Shown: positions 63,984-64,000 of the stretch, piece by piece
How positions within the stretch are numbered: position 1 is the stretch's first letter
Layout: each line of letters begins with the position of its first letter
Assembly: GCA_964503125.1 (NCBI GenBank)
Contig: CAZCZE010000064.1
Coordinates: 64,052 to 128,051, forward strand
Direction of reading: 5' to 3'
Source: an uncultured Gammaproteobacteria bacterium
GTDB taxonomy: Bacteria; Pseudomonadota; Gammaproteobacteria; Steroidobacterales; Rariloculaceae
DNA: 64,000 bases
Notes under the pieces: model-generated
Seen by the model: only the letters and a program-made list of their open reading frames with translations
Database searches by the model: none
Told to the model about the DNA's origin: nothing
Position numbers and translations under genes: made by a program

Positions 63984-64000
63984 CGAGGCGGGCGGTCATC

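Larger units (their letters stand above)
54629..64000. mobile_element. decayed integrative genomic island (defence-type cargo), reaching or passing the right window edge
   Basis: tRNA-type att fragment followed by an integrase remnant. Abrupt fall in G+C: for example 29 G+C in the 60-nt line starting 62161 versus 40 in the line starting 13081. Codon usage also changes. Cargo is a STAND NTPase, nuclease-like genes and a NERD gene. Confidence 0.65.

Noticed and set aside
1-64000. CRISPR arrays, rRNA genes, IS elements/transposases and integron attC sites.
   Set aside because: I found no regularly spaced 25-40-nt repeats, no rRNA-like conserved stretches, and no DDE/IS-type ORFs or terminal inverted repeats. 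The only mobility gene is the decayed integrase.
63972-64000. Calling a second integrase gene at the right edge.
   Set aside because: Only 9 codons are visible. Similarity to the first integrase is confined to the 19-nt repeat (M-A/V-S-T). It is reported as a finding, not a feature.

Overview
Densely coding, high-GC window that looks like a proteobacterial chromosome; the taxon is inference only. No rRNA genes, CRISPR arrays or transposases were seen. Positions 1-54.6 kb are mostly envelope and periplasm genes. Two paralogous clusters encode a DUF1592-type di-CxxCH protein, a DUF1552 (HXXSHH) protein, signal-peptide ankyrin-repeat proteins and secreted MBL-fold proteins (5.6-11.8 kb and 31.3-38.6 kb). 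A second expanded family is built from a DUF6152-like 'HH...NPH' module and a secreted 'WEGDTLVVET' module. It occurs as two split gene pairs, one fusion gene and one solo copy, next to a TonB-dependent receptor. Other genes include an RND efflux pair, a BlaI/BlaR1-like pair, a membrane-anchored LuxR regulator preceded by 11-bp tandem repeats, a P-type ATPase, PAP2, OmpA, and several gene remnants (DUF1428, FtsX permease). At about 54.63 kb composition drops sharply. A 3' fragment of a tRNA-Ala-like (or tmRNA) gene and a frameshifted, truncated P4-type integrase open a lower-GC island that reaches the right edge. The island carries the most interesting candidate: a roughly 1660-aa protein (PD-(D/E)xK nuclease-like N-terminus, P-loop STAND-type NTPase, then more than 1000 aa of helical repeats). 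It is translationally coupled to a 494-aa protein with an HsdR-N-like nuclease core and a Cys/His-rich tail, followed by a NERD/topoisomerase-zinc-finger gene and an unknown gene. I read this as a probable, not obviously named, anti-phage (Avs/NLR-like) module on a decayed integrative island. All family calls come from motif recognition by eye, with no database search.
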